Notes: generated from the letters alone by a model not told the origin. A DNA stretch of 64,000 bases from Tubiluchus corallicola (GCA_030141605.1 JAQGDQ010000159.1:1-64000), one strand, 5' to 3'; shown: positions 20,600 through 35,726, counted from the first letter of the stretch. Numbers and translations: made by a program.

Positions 20600-21560
20600 G
20601 CATAAGAACGGAACATGGAATGGAATAACGCAACAACGGCATCCCATTAAGCAAGTACATGTTTGCAGTTCCAACTGAAATTTTAGATATTTCTCTGGTT
20701 TTCTTTTCTCTTCTTTCAGGATGCTATGTAACTCTTTCCTCTCATTAGTTGCCACAGGGCTTAAATTAGGATTAACAAACACCTTGCGATACTCTGGTCC
20801 AGCTTCTTTCAAATGTTTTGCTTGTGACAGAGTGAGTTGCTTTACTTTAATTGATGATAATTCAACTAGTAATGGCCTAGCTTTCTCTAGATCTTTTTAC
20901 CTATTTGCCTAATGGAAAATTCTTGTGGTAGGTCCAGTATATCATTAGTGATTGAATACATTTTGCTATGTCTTCAGGTTCTTCCCCTCCTGTGAGTGAT
21001 TCACCTTTCTCTTTCACCCCTTTCTAGAGTTTTACCTTGCAAACACACAGCGTCTAACAACTTTTCGATTCTCTCATCAGTTCTCTTTTTGTACTGGTCC
21101 TAATCGTTTTTTACTTTCCCCATATCAAGAAGTGCACTATCTAATTGTTGTCTAATAGGCCTAATTGCCTCCCAGATTTGATTTCCAATTTTTGATTCGT
21201 ATTTTTTAAATCTCTTATCTATAGTCTCTGATAGCATGGATTGAAGCTCTAAAGCATTCATGTTTATGATGTGAGAGGTTCCCAGGTACGAGGCAGTATG
21301 TATAGCACTGTCAGTACTGCAGTCAGATTGACAGCCATGTTACTTAAGCCTTTAGTTTCCGTACTTGTTGAATTTCGGTATTGTAAACTGGTTACACAGC
21401 TTTCACAAACTATCAAGTTTCCGTATTGTGAACGTGAATAGCATAGGGCAATTTCTTTCTGTAAATTTGGCGCAAAGGCCACATAATGTCTGTCACTAGC
21501 TAGACTGGTTATCGTTCCTGTGCATTGATGCTGATTACTTTTCAATATGGTATTTCAATG
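20600..21560 (-). mobile_element. Degenerate LINE (L2/CR1 group) ORF1 remnant
   Basis: Minus strand reads KARPLLVELSSIKVKQLTLSQAKHLKEAGPEYRKVFVNPNLSPVATNERKELHSILKEEKRK, typical of the invertebrate CR1/L2 ORF1 C-terminus, with an upstream Cys cluster (LIVCESC); several stops and frameshifts. Confidence 0.7.
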
Positions 21561-21669
21561 AAGCGTTAAATGAAAGTTACAATTAGAAGTTAAACATGTT
21601 AATTTTATGTTGTTCGCTTAGCATGTTTCACATACCTCTGTCAACCGACAAAGACATTGTCAATTAGCT

Positions 21670-22080
21670 ACTATATATCACGTATCTTTAGCTAAAAGGC
21701 CATGCGTTGTGCAGAAGATACTCCACAGGTATCTCAGCATAAGGTTCGAACAAATTTTAGGAGATTTGTCAGCATCGTCGACTACAGCTGCCTCGCACCT
21801 TTCTCCGGGACCAGATGTAGTCTTTGTTGCAACCATATGTAGCAGCAGCCAAGGACCGCAGTCGAGTTTCCCTTGTTGAATTGAGACTTACTTATTCTCA
21901 AAAATGCTGACATCCTAATTAAACGATGTCTTGATTGTGCCCACACCTTCAAAAAATTCCAGGAATTTGAGGGTTGCAATTAAAGGACACAAGAATGTTT
22001 TGTAAAGACAACATTTATTTATCGCCAGTCGCGACTGCGTGGTTGCAGTCCGAAATCTGTACCGCTCGGCCACCTAGCAC
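21670..22080 (-). mobile_element. Probable tRNA-derived SINE
   Basis: Minus-strand head GTGCTAGGTGGCCGAGCGGT (box A) and an anticodon-like arm GGACTGCAACC; box B not recognisable; 3' boundary estimated. Confidence 0.4.
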
Positions 22081-22239
22081 ATAACACAGTACTATACAGA
22101 TATTGATGCAGCAGCAATAAGTAATAGACAAACCGACTGGTATAACACAATAGTTCAACCATTTCAAAAACAAGAATAAGTATCAACAAATGCATTTCTA
22201 TTTTTCTGCACTAAAATACATTTCTGTTTTTCTGCACTG

Positions 22240-22885
22240 GGCACATAATTCGAGACATTTTGTATCGGTTTCTTTCTAGTTTAATTAATTGTCAAGAAGC
22301 AAATTTTCTCACTGTGCCACATTTTTGCCCCTATACATTTTGTACTCGGCAGAATCAGTAAAATTCGTTCATTGCTTGATAGAACACTGCATGCGAATCT
22401 TATCCATGCATATGTGACATCTTGATTAGATTATTAATGCAAGCCTTTATTTATTGGACTTTCAAATAACCAACTAAAGCAAATTCAGTCTGTTCAAAAT
22501 GAAAGGTTCATATTGCGAGTCAAAAAAGTATTATCACATCTTGCCAACTTTAAACGAGTTGCTTTGGCTTCCTATTGAGCAAGGCATTGCATGTGTCTAA
22601 AATCAGTATCCTTTTAAAATATTGAAAGGTCTTCGTTCGGATTATCTCTAAAACCACTTGTACTGCGTTATATACGCTCACTTATTTCGTTCCTCACAGG
22701 ATAGGCAACTTGTACTTCGTGGCAACAGAACCTTTAGTGAAACTTACTGACGAGCTTTTTCCATCAATGCTTCATATCTATGGAATATTTTGCCACCTCA
22801 GGTATATCAGAAATCAGAATCCATCTCTCAACTCTTTTAAGATCCAACTTAAAACTTTGTTGTTCGCTCAGCACTATCAGTAGGT
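22240..22885 (+). mobile_element. L2-type LINE ORF2 C-terminal remnant
   Basis: LGRISKIRSLL..LIHAYVTS*LDY..LFIGLSNNQLKQIQSVQN..HILPTLNELLWLPIEQ..RAFSINASYLWNILP..FKIQLKTLLF: classic L2 3' coding region with stops and frameshifts. Confidence 0.85.
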
Positions 22886-25800
22886 CTCTAATCTTCTTTT
22901 GTATGGACGTGAATAATTTTGTCTCTAGTATTTAGTATTTGTGGAATTTGGAGTAAGAAGTGTCTCGATGATATTTTTGGCTTCTGAAGACCTTTTGGTG
23001 CTATCCAAGTTAGTTGATTGATATTAGGCCTAAATGGTGTGCTGTACGTGGCACTATGGGTGCCCGCCAGGATATTTATTTTGTTTAAAATCTATTGTCC
23101 CGCTTTTGTTAACTGTTTGTCAGATTGTTGGGACTTGGACCTGAAAATCTCTATCAGAGAACTATCGCTCTGGCGAAGATCTACCGTCTAGCGTTGTTCG
23201 TCAAACTTTATTAAATTTACTGGAACAACAGTTTCTGAGCCTGGGCAAAACTAAGGGAATACAATAACTCACTAATATTTTGCAAGCTCTGTGTGATGTA
23301 AAAAATGTACGTCTGTTCGAGCCGCGTATTTATTGATATAGCCTATTAAGAGCACATTATATTACGAAAAGTAAGGATCTGTGAAGTATCCCCACCAGCC
23401 GTCTAACTGAGAAAACTGCGAATGTAAACCGATTTCATGCTGCTTTCAGACTGCAGAATGGGTCATGTGAAGTAGTGGCATATTATAACATCAAATTGAC
23501 CTATAAATCTTGTTTATATAACTAACGTGTCGACGAATTACCATATAATTAGTTGTATTAGTACTAATGACTTGTAGTTACCTAACTGTTATTACGATGC
23601 CGACATACGCAAATGATTTCCCAAGTGTTGGATTTTGCGTCAATGTGACGCGTTCTGTCAACTTCTGTGGCGCATGCCCTTTTGTCATCCCATTTTTCGT
23701 GATTATCGTTTTGCTTTTATGGTAAATTTAATTATTTCTTGATGCAACACATGAGCGCTGTAAAATCGCGAGCTATTCTCGAGTCGACGTGTGTGTCCGC
23801 ATGCGAAGTTGGACAATAAATCATCTTCATTGAAAACTTGTAACAGCAAAAGAAACAAATCCGCATAATAATATATGTTATTATAAGGAACGTAATGAAC
23901 ACCTGTGCAGTGTAACTATTTTCCCGTAGAGTTGCTCATAAGTTCGACTTAGAAGCATCAATCAAATTTCTTTAGATGATTAAACTTTCTCATATCGAAT
24001 TATTTGTTAAATGTATAGTTATTAGAGACTGATTTAACTTTGGACAAGGTAACTGTACGCATGTCTACTCACTACTCAGTCTTCTTTTGTCGTCAGACTC
24101 GTGAAAAAGGGTATATCTAATAGAAATACTCCGAATGTTACTTGTCACGCCAGTTTATTTTCATGATTGTGGCTGTTAATGTAGAGTGTACTGAAAGCGA
24201 ATAGGAAATATACTGAAATGGAGTGAACAGAGGGAAAGTTTGTAATTTCACGAAGAGTATATTAACAACGACCAGAGATTATAAATTGCAACATTTTTGT
24301 TATTACAAGTGCGCTATCTCTTTTCATGTGTTACGCATGTCAAAAATTTGAATTGTTAGCAATATCTAGACTTAGTTACCTAAACTACGCTTAATCCAAC
24401 TTAACTTAACATAGCGGGTAATAAGTACGCGCGAATAAAAATTTATGTGACGTTGAACAAAAGCATATTCCACACACATTGAACTTATCGTCTGAAATAA
24501 TAATATTTAAACAACATCAAGAGCGCCGCAAATATTTGCACAATTGGCATTACTGTTTCAGAGGACTGCTTGCATAATTATTATTTTATGCACAGCAAAC
24601 AACTGGGTCCCCATGCAAGTAATTGAACTGATGTGCTTATTTAGCAGAATACTTCATGCAGAATCTGTGTGTGTGATAAGTGTACGTGTACCTAACGTAC
24701 ATTCTAAACACTATTGCTAGGTCAGTTTGAATTACAGAGAAGATATGCGTCGACCGGTCCTAGGTCCTCTGCCTTTCACATCTTAATGACTTTGTCTACT
24801 TGTGCATCTGTACTTTAGTTGTACGTACTTCGTGTAAATATGTGATCTTAATTTACATCTGTGTCGTCAAAAACATGGAGCTGGGGCTTCCGCATGCAAT
24901 GAAAAGTGTTTGGCCAATACGGCAGAGTTTTGGCAAATACGACAGGTGTTGTTTACAAAATTTATTTGGTCCTGGATATATAGGCTTACATCATTTGGGA
25001 CTCCATACAGGAGAAACCCAAGGAAAAGCACTACCGTAGTGGGCTTTCGGGCGCATTTACATTAGATACATGTAAAAAAGTCTACGACAGTAGGGTACTC
25101 TTTGCCTAGTATAAACGGGTTTTTAAGTCTTTTCTCTTTTTGGAAGTGGGTTTTCCATTAATTAGACACACATGTATGTCTTAGATCTTGTTTATAATTT
25201 GTAGGAGTCTTTAAATCATACATTCCGCGGAACTTTTCTGTAGCTACATATGTGCATGTAAATATATGTATATTTGCAGTGCATGGTTTACAGGATCCTA
25301 TGCGCTAAAGATTGATTGGGATATAAATATATGTAAATAATGGAGACCTTACTTCCAAACTGTTTGTTTGCCAGTATGTATAACAAAAAAACCAGCTGTG
25401 TATAATATGTATGGTTACACGGGTTTTCTACTTTGATCTATGTTTTTTTGCAATGCTCATAATGTAATACGCGGATAAATCTAATTAGTTTTCATGGCTG
25501 GCACGTATTCCCATTCACACTGATACGACGCGTCGTGTTTTGTTATTACGACATCAAATAAAGTTTCCCTAGTGGCACATAATCATAAGTTTGTCTTAAA
25601 ATACAAGAAAACATTTTTAGGCAGCGAAAACGAGATCTCGATGACACATTGTAAGAAAAACCGCATTAACAATAGTTCCAAATCAGTGCCGTAGGAAGAC
25701 GGTGGGAGGCGACACCTTTTATGAGGTGCTGGGGAGTGGGCTTTTTCAAGCTTCGTGTAGTTAAGCCTTACAACTTGCCAAAGGACCATTCCCAGGACGG

Positions 25801-27126
25801 CCTAGCAGATAGTTTTTTTTAAAAAGTTATAATTGTTTTCTATTAATGTTTCTATTGTTGACAGAAGATAACATTCTTAATGTTACTTAATGTTAAAAGA
25901 ACAGTAGGTTAGTAGAAATAAGGTAGTAGGTAGCTTAGTTTAAAAGTATGGCTTATAATCTCCCTAAAGGTGCTTTGAAATTCATGCGTGATACGGCAGT
26001 CGAGCCGATACTCACTAATTACAACTTTCTGTCTGGGCAAGAAAACCACATCCAAGTGCAACTGCAACTGCAACTCCATTGAAGCGTCACGGTACCACAT
26101 GAATGTATATAAACTACATCTATGTTTGCCATATGCAAATTCAATAAACTGCTGAAGAAACTATTGATATTCGAGCTGACGTCCCTTTTGGCCCAAACAT
26201 CGAAAAGCACACCAGTTTAAAAAGAATACATAGGTCAAAGGACCACATATTAATGGGCCACCAGACAAATGACAACCGGTCAAGGTACCACCATAGACAA
26301 ATGACCACAAGCAGCAGAACACCAGTTTAAGGACCACTAAACAAAGACTCACCTGAAAAGACAAAAGACCACGAGTCAAAGGAACCACCTAACAAAAATT
26401 AGCAGATTAGGTAATGTCAACTGAAAAAACATCGGAGAAACAATTTGATAGTCTTTTAAAACATTGAACAAAAGTTATTATATAATGAATTAAGAGAAAT
26501 TGCAGTGGCAGTTTGAAACGTCGTGGTTTTCCTTTTCACTGCAGTTTGAAACGTTTTGTTTTTCCTTCTTTTTTCTTATTTTTAAGTGTGAGATTTTTTT
26601 TCAATTCATTGTTACTGTTGTTGTCATTAAGAGTTAATTTGTGTTGTAGTAGTATAATATTCGTTGGTTTGTTAGCAAGTGGATTTAGCTTTAACTATGG
26701 ATCTAATGTATAACTAAAATTTGGTCCAGTATATAGCCCGTTTTCGTTAATGCCCGCGAGCTCTTTTTAGCATTTGCCCCCAGCCCGAATTTGCTTCTTA
26801 TACGGGCTTGGATATTGTAATATAGTTAAAACCGATTTGACGAGCGTAGGGTTATACTTTCCCATGGTGATGCGAAGAGTTTGCTAAAAACCACAGGAAC
26901 TAATGTATTTAATTTCATTTGTGCTTTTTTATTTCTTTATATACCTTTCATAATGAATAGACAACAACAAGAACCGCAATATCTGCAATACACAAGTCTG
27001 TACCTGTTATGAATTCACGTGCAAACATTTCCCAAGTTTTTTTTACGAAATTCGTATGTATTTGCATACAAAGTGAAGAATGTTGAACAAATAGAAATAG
27101 CTAGTTTTCTTTATTAAATGATTTTT

Positions 27127-27660
27127 TCACATGGTGTAAGTTCGACCACGCAATAAAACATCTTTAAATTCTTCTGTATCAACATTAACGGGTTTTTCCT
27201 TTTTAAATATATTAAGAGCCACTTTAATCCGATGAGTTCTGTGATCTCCATCGTTGAATTTCTTTTCGGACTTTACTTTTGCTTTTATTACACGGTAAGC
27301 AGTGATAAACACCAAACTCACGCGTTCTATGTCCTCACTTACTGCTAGCTCGAAGGATGGACACTTGAGGTCACTAGCAACTTTAGCTATCTCCATGCTG
27401 CTCACACTTCGCTGATGGATCATGTCTGTTTTATTGGCAACCAAAACTATCGGTGGATGCTCTTCGCCACGTAGCTGAAAACAGTTAACAGTGAATAATT
27501 AACACACTACTAACTGTTCGTAAATCGCAGCTCATAATTAAGAGCGTTAAATAGTTAAGGTTAATGTTAGTCTAATAAGTGAGCTGTCAGATTTCAATAT
27601 TATAGTGCGATGTAGGGCAACATTTTTCCATCAAGGGCAAAGAGAATAATTGAGTGATCA

Positions 27661-27698
<38 letters not shown>

Positions 27699-29983
27699 CA
27701 CAGTTAAGTAATGTTGAGTATGACTAAAAGTGAATGGGTGATTGCCACAATTATTGCGCATCGCGTGTATTCAATACATTTCAGTTGTATTTTAATGTTG
27801 CACTGATTGGTTGTATTGAACTTCAAAGCAACTTGATTTTTGCATATGAAAATGTAAAAACTCGTGTCACAGTACTTTTGTCAGACATAAATCATGCCAT
27901 ATGTCTCAGATTACGGGTATACACAGTAGCATAGTTCTGGTGGCAAACCGCTGCCCATTGGTTGAAGATTCGTTAGAAAATACCTGCGCCTAGAATTGGA
28001 TAGACTATTTTACTATCGAACTATTAAAATAGTCCAGGCTGTCCAGCAGCAAGTATATTATTTTGTAAAACTAACTTCAAATACCATTCAGCAACATTCA
28101 TTAATATAATTTCTCTTTTCATCAATTCCATACACATGCAATTTATGCTAAGCCATGATGTGTAATTGTACATTCAAGTTATTATTGAGCTACTATTTTT
28201 AGCACATACCCGCGCAATGTAGTTCCAAATTGGGTATAATTGACGCAAAGACTGCCTATCTGTGACAGAACATACGAGAATGTAGCCATCCGCCCATCGC
28301 ACTTCTTTATCCCAAGAAACATTTGGAAAATCCTTGAAAAAAGTATCAAATTTGCTTGAGTCATAAAACTGGTTAGCTGGAAGTTAGCGGTTAATAAAAG
28401 TTGAATAAGTAATTTAATTAAATTAAGTGGCCAATTCGCTAGCATTAAGTTGAAAGTGTGCTCAGAAAATGTAGCAGGATAGGCTTCAACTCATAAAGCA
28501 ACAGTTCTTACCACGTAATTTAAAAGTTTAGTGCTATACTGTTTAACCGAAGCGGGTTATATGAAAATTGTTCACTTCTGCTTTGACTGGCTATATGATC
28601 AAAGGTACGTTCATTAATAAAGGAGCTTTGTACTCACCAAACCTGCAGTATCTAAAATATGTAAGGTTACGGTTTTCCCATCGATTTCTGAGGTATGAGC
28701 TTGCAATGATTCTGCAATTGTTACGAGATCAATTAGCATTTTTTCTGTCACAGAATTAGGTCATTGGTAAGACTAAACGGCTAAGCAAGTTGTGTAAAAG
28801 AATTATATATAAAATTTAAAAACACACAGGATTTAAGCAGTAAACTTATTTAAGCAAAAATTCAGGGTATCTATTAAAGCCTCGCCATGTTTAAAAGAGT
28901 TTGCAATTTGCAAAGATAAGTTAACCAGTGTGTGTCATTTGTAACTGCAATGTCTGCAAAATAAAAAAGAACATCTGCATGTTTTCTAAGAGTACATCAA
29001 TCAATGCGAAATTTAATTTCAGTATCTGAGATATGTAAAGCTGACATATTTACCTAAGAGGGGATCGTAATCGTGTATATATCGATGAGTTACGTATCGG
29101 ATTATTAAAGCTGAAAAAATGAAAACCTGAAATGACATACACGTGCACGACATTATCATATAATATGGTCCGAAAATTGATACTATTATCATCATTATTA
29201 TTATCTTTTTCACCATGGCTGACATCAATATCGTCACTGTATAAAATAACAACAACATTATCATCACCATCATCGTCATCAACGTTGTCATCATCATCAT
29301 CATCATTATCATCATCATCACTACTACCACCTGCACCATCATCATAATTATCGATAGAATCAAGAATGTTATCATCGTAGTCGTTATTGTCTTCGTCGTC
29401 ATCATCCGTTGGTCAGTGTCAGTTAAAGCAAATTCACCATACTAAAAAACAATTAGTTACATTTTATACCACATTTAGATAATGACTGGGCCATTGTGTA
29501 CCATACCATGTATGTCAATATTAGCTACTATGTCAACACGTAGCCTCTGTTATTTGTTTGGTTGCATATATAACGGGTTTACTTAATTAAGCGATTACAA
29601 GGAATTTGTTTCTAACTTTCGTAATTTTTGCAAATATTTACCTAATACAGCAATATCAATCTGGGAGTAATTAATAAAACGGATAAGCAACAACATACAG
29701 GCTTACACATGAGTATACACACTATATGCACTAATAATACACCATGGATCAAATGCACTTAGTGGCTGCATATATGCACATGATAACAGTAAGATCTAAT
29801 CGATATTTCAAAAATCGATAATTCTCATTTACCCGATTTTCCTACACCATTTCCGCCCATAACCAAAATTTTAGCAGATCGGAATTTTGCCTCGACTCCC
29901 TTCACTGTGCTCATTGCTTCTAACAGGTGATGTTTATCCAAGTTTTCTCTTGATGATGGACACGATTTGCTCGACCTTTCCAT
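27127..29983 (-). CDS. RERG/RASL11-12-like Ras-family small GTPase, 250 aa
   Basis: Exons (minus) 29983-29833, 29110-29054, 28711-28638, 28332-28210, 27474-27127; all GT-AG, 753 nt. G1 GGNGVGKS, effector region YIHDYDPLLES, G3 ILDTAGL, VRWADGYILV, G4 VANKTD, G5-like FELAV; no CaaX box. Confidence 0.9.
27663..27695. repeat. (AT)n microsatellite
   Basis: Directly visible. Confidence 0.95.
29180..29406. repeat. Degenerate (TCA)n trinucleotide repeat
   Basis: Directly visible; produces the poly-Met and poly-Ser pseudo-ORFs. Confidence 0.85.
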
Positions 29984-32556
29984 TTATTTAAGATGCAAAA
30001 ACTAACAACTACTATGCCATGCAGATAAAGCGTTTGTATTTCTTTACATGTCCAACTTACAACAATTATTTTTTTAATTTACATCATCACGAATTTCACC
30101 TTAATTTTTATACTATAAGAATTCACTGATGATAACATTACTTAGACACTGATATGTGCTAATGAAATTTCTAATCTCAAAATTTAGCAGAGTATGGTTA
30201 TCTTCACCATCGTTCACTGCACGATGAAGGTGCTTGAAGTAGGCGTTGAAAAATTCATAATTGCACCAGTCTTATGAATATAGCACCTGAAAGAATAGTA
30301 AAAACTGTGAAAGTTAGTTTCTTTTATAAACTTTATATACAAGTACATAACTGCGGGCCAGCAGGGCGTATTATATTTATAATTGAAAAACGTCAGGCAC
30401 TTGCACAACCTATGTATTATATAATACGTATATAGCTGATCTATTTACTGCTCTATTATCCAAAGAATTTAAAACTAAAGTTGACTTCATATATACTTAC
30501 TTTTATATTTTATGAGTAGTTTAACTAGTAATACACATTTTTCACTACTTACTTAATAGCAGACAATAGGCGTATAGGAGGTCACTCACCGATCAGTTGA
30601 TAACGTTCAATGATTAATCATGACTCGCGATGCTGGTACCATATAATACAGGAAAAAAACTACATGTATAATTATTACGAATGAAAAATAGGCCGTAATT
30701 CATTCAGGGAGAGCCTGTGTCCTAAGATCAGCAGTTCAAATCTTATTGGAACTGCCATGGCAGCAGTGGAAGATACTTTAAAAAAAATCATAAATGCGTA
30801 CCGGGGATACGGTGGCAAAAATGTTATGAAATTAGATGTTCTTCTACTTCACTGAGCTCATGTTTTGAACAAGAGCGGCAACAGTATAACTAAATTGTGT
30901 AGAACGAAACGTATTGATTGAATAAAGATATAATGACAGCAATCTGATACAGTGTCTTAATGACAACGAAACTTACTAGTAGCAGCTACATTTCATCAAA
31001 TGTGAAGCTAGCTAAGTTAGATGTGGGAAATATGATGCAATAGCCAGGTAGGTAGATGGCAGGCTTCTACTGAAATAATTGAATGCGCTATGAAAATTGA
31101 GTGGTGTAAGCTTAGCAATAAAAAAGCCATTCCGCGCAAAGTACTATTTCTCGGCAGTTTAGTCCCCCTTCGACAATGGACTAGTCACGTTGCAAAAACG
31201 TTAAAACCGAAAGAGCACTTACACATATATAAACGATGCTGCTTATGTCTTGAGGGAATATGATCCTGGATTGCAGCAATTTTTTAGATGTTTACTGCCT
31301 TTGCGATTGTAAAACATAGTATATTAGCTTATCATCAAGACTATTCTTTAATCAGCACCAACAGTTTATAAAGTTGCTACTAAATAATAACAGTTTTGCT
31401 TTTACTTATAAATAGAATTTTGTACGTGGTATTTCGCCAAATTACATATCAAAACTAGAGGTGAATCGAGTATCAAAATAAGAGCCTGACAGTCTCTTAC
31501 TGGCTGTCTGTTTGTTGTTTTTCTTACTAATTTTTGTCCTCATTTGACCCGCTTGCACTCGAAAGGCTTGAGATATTTTAGGGTTTAGTTGATAAACGGG
31601 CGTAAGAAGAGTGAATTGAGCGCTTCTAGAAAATGTGATAAATGTCCTAGTTAATGTTCAAGCAGATTAGCATAAAAGCTTTCTTCCCGGAAGTTGAATT
31701 GACCATGTGTTTTAAATACATCAACCAGAAAAGTGTATTTGTAGTAGCATACCCCAACAGTTTCTTAAAAGCGTTAACTTCTAAGCAGTTAGATTTTGCT
31801 TGAATTTATTTACTTTTTTCTTGTACTGGAATTTACGTTAACCATTCGTCAATTGTAACTGAGTAGCAGAAGTACTATGACGCATGTAGAAAATTTATAA
31901 ATTGCTAAAATACGAGTCTTTCAATTTTCAATATACTGAGGACGCATCACTCGACAAATTTTAATACAAACAGCAAAACGTTTTTAGAATTTCACTGAGG
32001 GCATGTATTACAGTCTGATTGGTACAGTTGCAGAATCACATATAAATGAAAAGCTTTTAGAGGAAACCCATTTCCCCGGGACAGCGAAATCGAGTTGTCA
32101 GCTTGCTTGTCAGTTAAACTTTCTAAAACAGTTCGTCTCAGGAAAAGCCAGGTTTATAGAAAGAGAAGCCAAAAGCCATTAAACCGCGCGCTAAACAAGC
32201 ACACAAGGTAGACTGGTATAGTCTAATGAACAAGTCACTGACTGTAGTCTATAACTAGTAAAGGCAGTCGATTTATAATAATTGTGTAGGCCTAAATTGC
32301 AATTGTTGCTGCTCGAAAAGCTTTAGTTTTTAATAAGATTAATAATATTAGAATCTCGCCTACAGACTTTCAACCCAGGATTTCTGCGACAGTTAGGCGT
32401 TGTAATGATCGAAAACGAAAAATTTACACTTCGCTTTACCGATGCGCACATCACCTTTATCGAGTCTAGCTACTTTTATACAATCAAACTAACATCACCA
32501 CCACTGTGTTTTCATGTACATTTATTTAGAAACATTGGATTTTGAAAAAAAAGTGA

Positions 32557-32625
32557 GTGACGAGCTTTGGTTAAAAGACTAGCTGTAAGAATGAATGCAT
32601 TGGGTTCAATTTCCGAACTGGATAA
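32557..32625 (+). mobile_element. Degenerate tRNA-derived SINE head
   Basis: Box-A-like GTGACGAGCTTTGGTTAA and box-B-like GGTTCAATTTCC at tRNA-like spacing; no cloverleaf. Confidence 0.4.
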
Positions 32626-33431
32626 GTGCTGTCAATCTAATCATAATAATTACTAAGTATCATTAATTAGAAACACATCGTCTGTGTCAGATAATTACAG
32701 AATCAATGTCCGATTTTATAGTCGATCAGTGTAGATCAGGGGTATTTTTTCAAAACCGTCCTCTGGTGTTTAAAACTGTTTCTTTCAAATTCGATACAGT
32801 AATAAAATGCATTCTGACTGCAAGTCCAAGACAGTGTCATAAATTTCTGCCTTATAATTTCATTTAACTGTTTTGAGATCAATCTCTGACTATGCTGATA
32901 TCTATTGCAGTTGATCACCTCCCCCTAATGAATGTCAAACAACAAAATGCATTTCTTGTATATAACGGGATTTGAACGTCCATTCTTTTACAAATTAAGT
33001 GAAGTCAAGTTTCTGATAAAAATCATGCAAACTGGAAAATTAAAAAAACCAAAATTCATCTACTAAAACGGTAAACCTCACCTTCTTGTCCATGTCTAAC
33101 CAGGGCAACCTAATGACTAACTCAGCAGAATTTCTATTGCCATAGTGGCCTCACGATTCCGTTATTAATTGTACGAATTGGGTGCTGATAATGTTATGAT
33201 TATATTATTTTCAATTTTAACCACACATTGCAAAAGCCTGTCAATTAAAATTGAATTGGAAAATCTTATATGTTGTGTTTTACATAAAAGCTTTTACCAT
33301 TTATTTTTAAAGTTGGAAAATTTGCAGCAATATTGGTATATATAAAGGCGCACTACGGCTCTGCACTACATGAAATCTTCGCGTTGAGCAGAGAAGGTGC
33401 ATCACCAATTTTATAAGTATTAAACCAAGCA

Positions 33432-33725
<294 letters not shown>

Positions 33726-35726
33726 GTATGTACGAACAGTTTTAGCTCTTGTAAATAGTTGCTATATTTTCGCTGTTGCACATCTAAATCGTTTACATGC
33801 TTTTCTTACACCTATTTATTTACAGTGAGAGCACGTCCGACAGCTGAACCTCTTCACCGACCGAAGCGGATCCACTGAATAACTGCTTAGACATACTCGA
33901 TACTAAAAAATTTAACCGCTGCATTAAAATCACTTTTGTACGTAAAATTGTTTGTTTTACAGCAAGTTACACCACAAACAGTTTCCGCAGTGGATTTCTC
34001 TACATTAAATTTGCGCTCGCTTAACTTATATTCTATATACATCGTAGTTACACTGTATTCGTATGCTCACCGTTTATGTTGATAAGGAAATCTGACCTTC
34101 GTCTCGAAGAGGATTAACAACGCAACAGTAGCGAGAAGATTACTATAATCATACATGCAGCAGCGCCCGCATGAGTGTAATCAGCCTTCTTTTAATTATC
34201 GTTGGCTGCATTGCACGTAACAACTCTGTTCCAAATTCTATGCGTCGACTGTGAGCTAATAATTCTCATTAACTTGCACCTGACAAAATTCTCATTAACT
34301 GCAAAAGTGCGATCACAAAACGACTGAAAATTAAATCCTTTCATTAAAAAGTACACCGATTTTAATTCCAATAGCCTGGCTTCGGGTTTCTTGGCTTAGA
34401 AGATCGAAAGCTTAATAAGATGTGAGGCGTAAAAATTTTGCACAGTTGGCAGGGTTTCACTAGTCTGTTGTCCTCATTCAGCAGCCGGCAAATACTGCCT
34501 TTGAAGCCGCCAACTTGTTAATAATAGTCAAAGTCAGCTGGCCTGTCTTTACAGATGAGCGATGAGTATCCTTCCTGTGGATGAATGTAGCACTCACTCT
34601 GAAGAAAACGGAAAAAAAGAAAGGAAAAAGTAAAGAAATAAAATGAAGAAAACGCGAAGTTCCTACACGACCAGCCCGCCTCATTTTCATATCGACTCTT
34701 AATTTTTTAGTGTGAAATCAGTTTCAACAAGTACATGTAAATGTAAGAACCTTCCCTGTTTCCGACTGACATTGCGCTCTAGAGAATGATGTTATGGCTG
34801 TCTCTGGCGCGAATCAAACGCCACAGTTGGCCGATCTAGTTGATAGCATTGGACGAACATATGAGCATAATAACACATGCGTTTGGGACTCTAAGAAGAA
34901 TTTCTTAAGCGAGGTATTTAGAGCATTTAGAACCATTTGTACGCAATTTTTAACTAAATTCTGTCTCATTGATGCGCATGGTTTTCTTTAGTCAGGTTAT
35001 TTGCCCTTGATAAAGATGGTGTCGCCGTGTCATTCGAGGCCTTTCCCACATAGTGAAAGCTTAAACTGTCTATTGATGTACATGGATGTTATTTTAACCA
35101 ACTACTTTACTATAAGGGCAAAAGAAATGGATAATCATTCGCTTCATGTTCATTTCAAATTTATCAATCTAGATGAGCCAGAATTTCATAGCAGCTTTCG
35201 TGCCTAGTGAATGGTAGGCTATAAGTAAGATGTTGAAACCTAAACAGAGGCCTAATATTTTGTTTTACTTAGCCGTTTACATGATTTTGTACAAATTCCG
35301 CTTAGCAACGCTAATCGCTAAGGTGGGTGACAAAATACGAGTGCCTACTGTGCCTTCACGTATAATTTACGTTTCTTGCCTGCCCAGGAGACGCCAACAG
35401 TTCTTTGGAGACATGTTGTTAAATAGACTTGTATAGCTATTATACGGTTATCCATACCACACAACCTGCGAGTATAATAGTTTACAGCAGTAATGAGCCG
35501 CGTACGGCACCACACTATATGCATGAGGCGTGATTAATACGATTGTGGACTTCATAGTCCTGTTTAACAGAATCTAGTATTATGTTTCTAAGGTAAGTTA
35601 ATAATCCAGTATTTCTAACCCGTTATTGCAAAAAAGTATGAATAGAGAGCTCCATACAGAAGATGAAAAGCCTAGGGTTTTCACTTTTTACATTAACCTG
35701 CAGTTCGACGCATCAATAGGCTGTCA

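Noticed and set aside
21055-21090. Hammerhead ribozyme core on the minus strand (CTGATGA-GAGAATC-GAAA)
   Set aside because: Helix I cannot form, and the motif lies within LINE ORF1 coding remnant (TDERIEK).
22030-22080. tRNA-Cys gene on the minus strand
   Set aside because: Box A and a GCA loop are present but there is no T-arm/box B or acceptor stem; treated as a SINE head.
23157-23266. Protein-like stretch ENYRSGEDLPSSVVRQTLLNLLEQQFLSLGK as an alternative last exon of the ZNF143-like gene
   Set aside because: Acceptor phase does not match the 18841 donor, no homology recognised, and it is short enough to be chance.
29019-29405. 128-aa Met-rich ORF
   Set aside because: A (TCA)n repeat read through into the real 57-nt GTPase exon.
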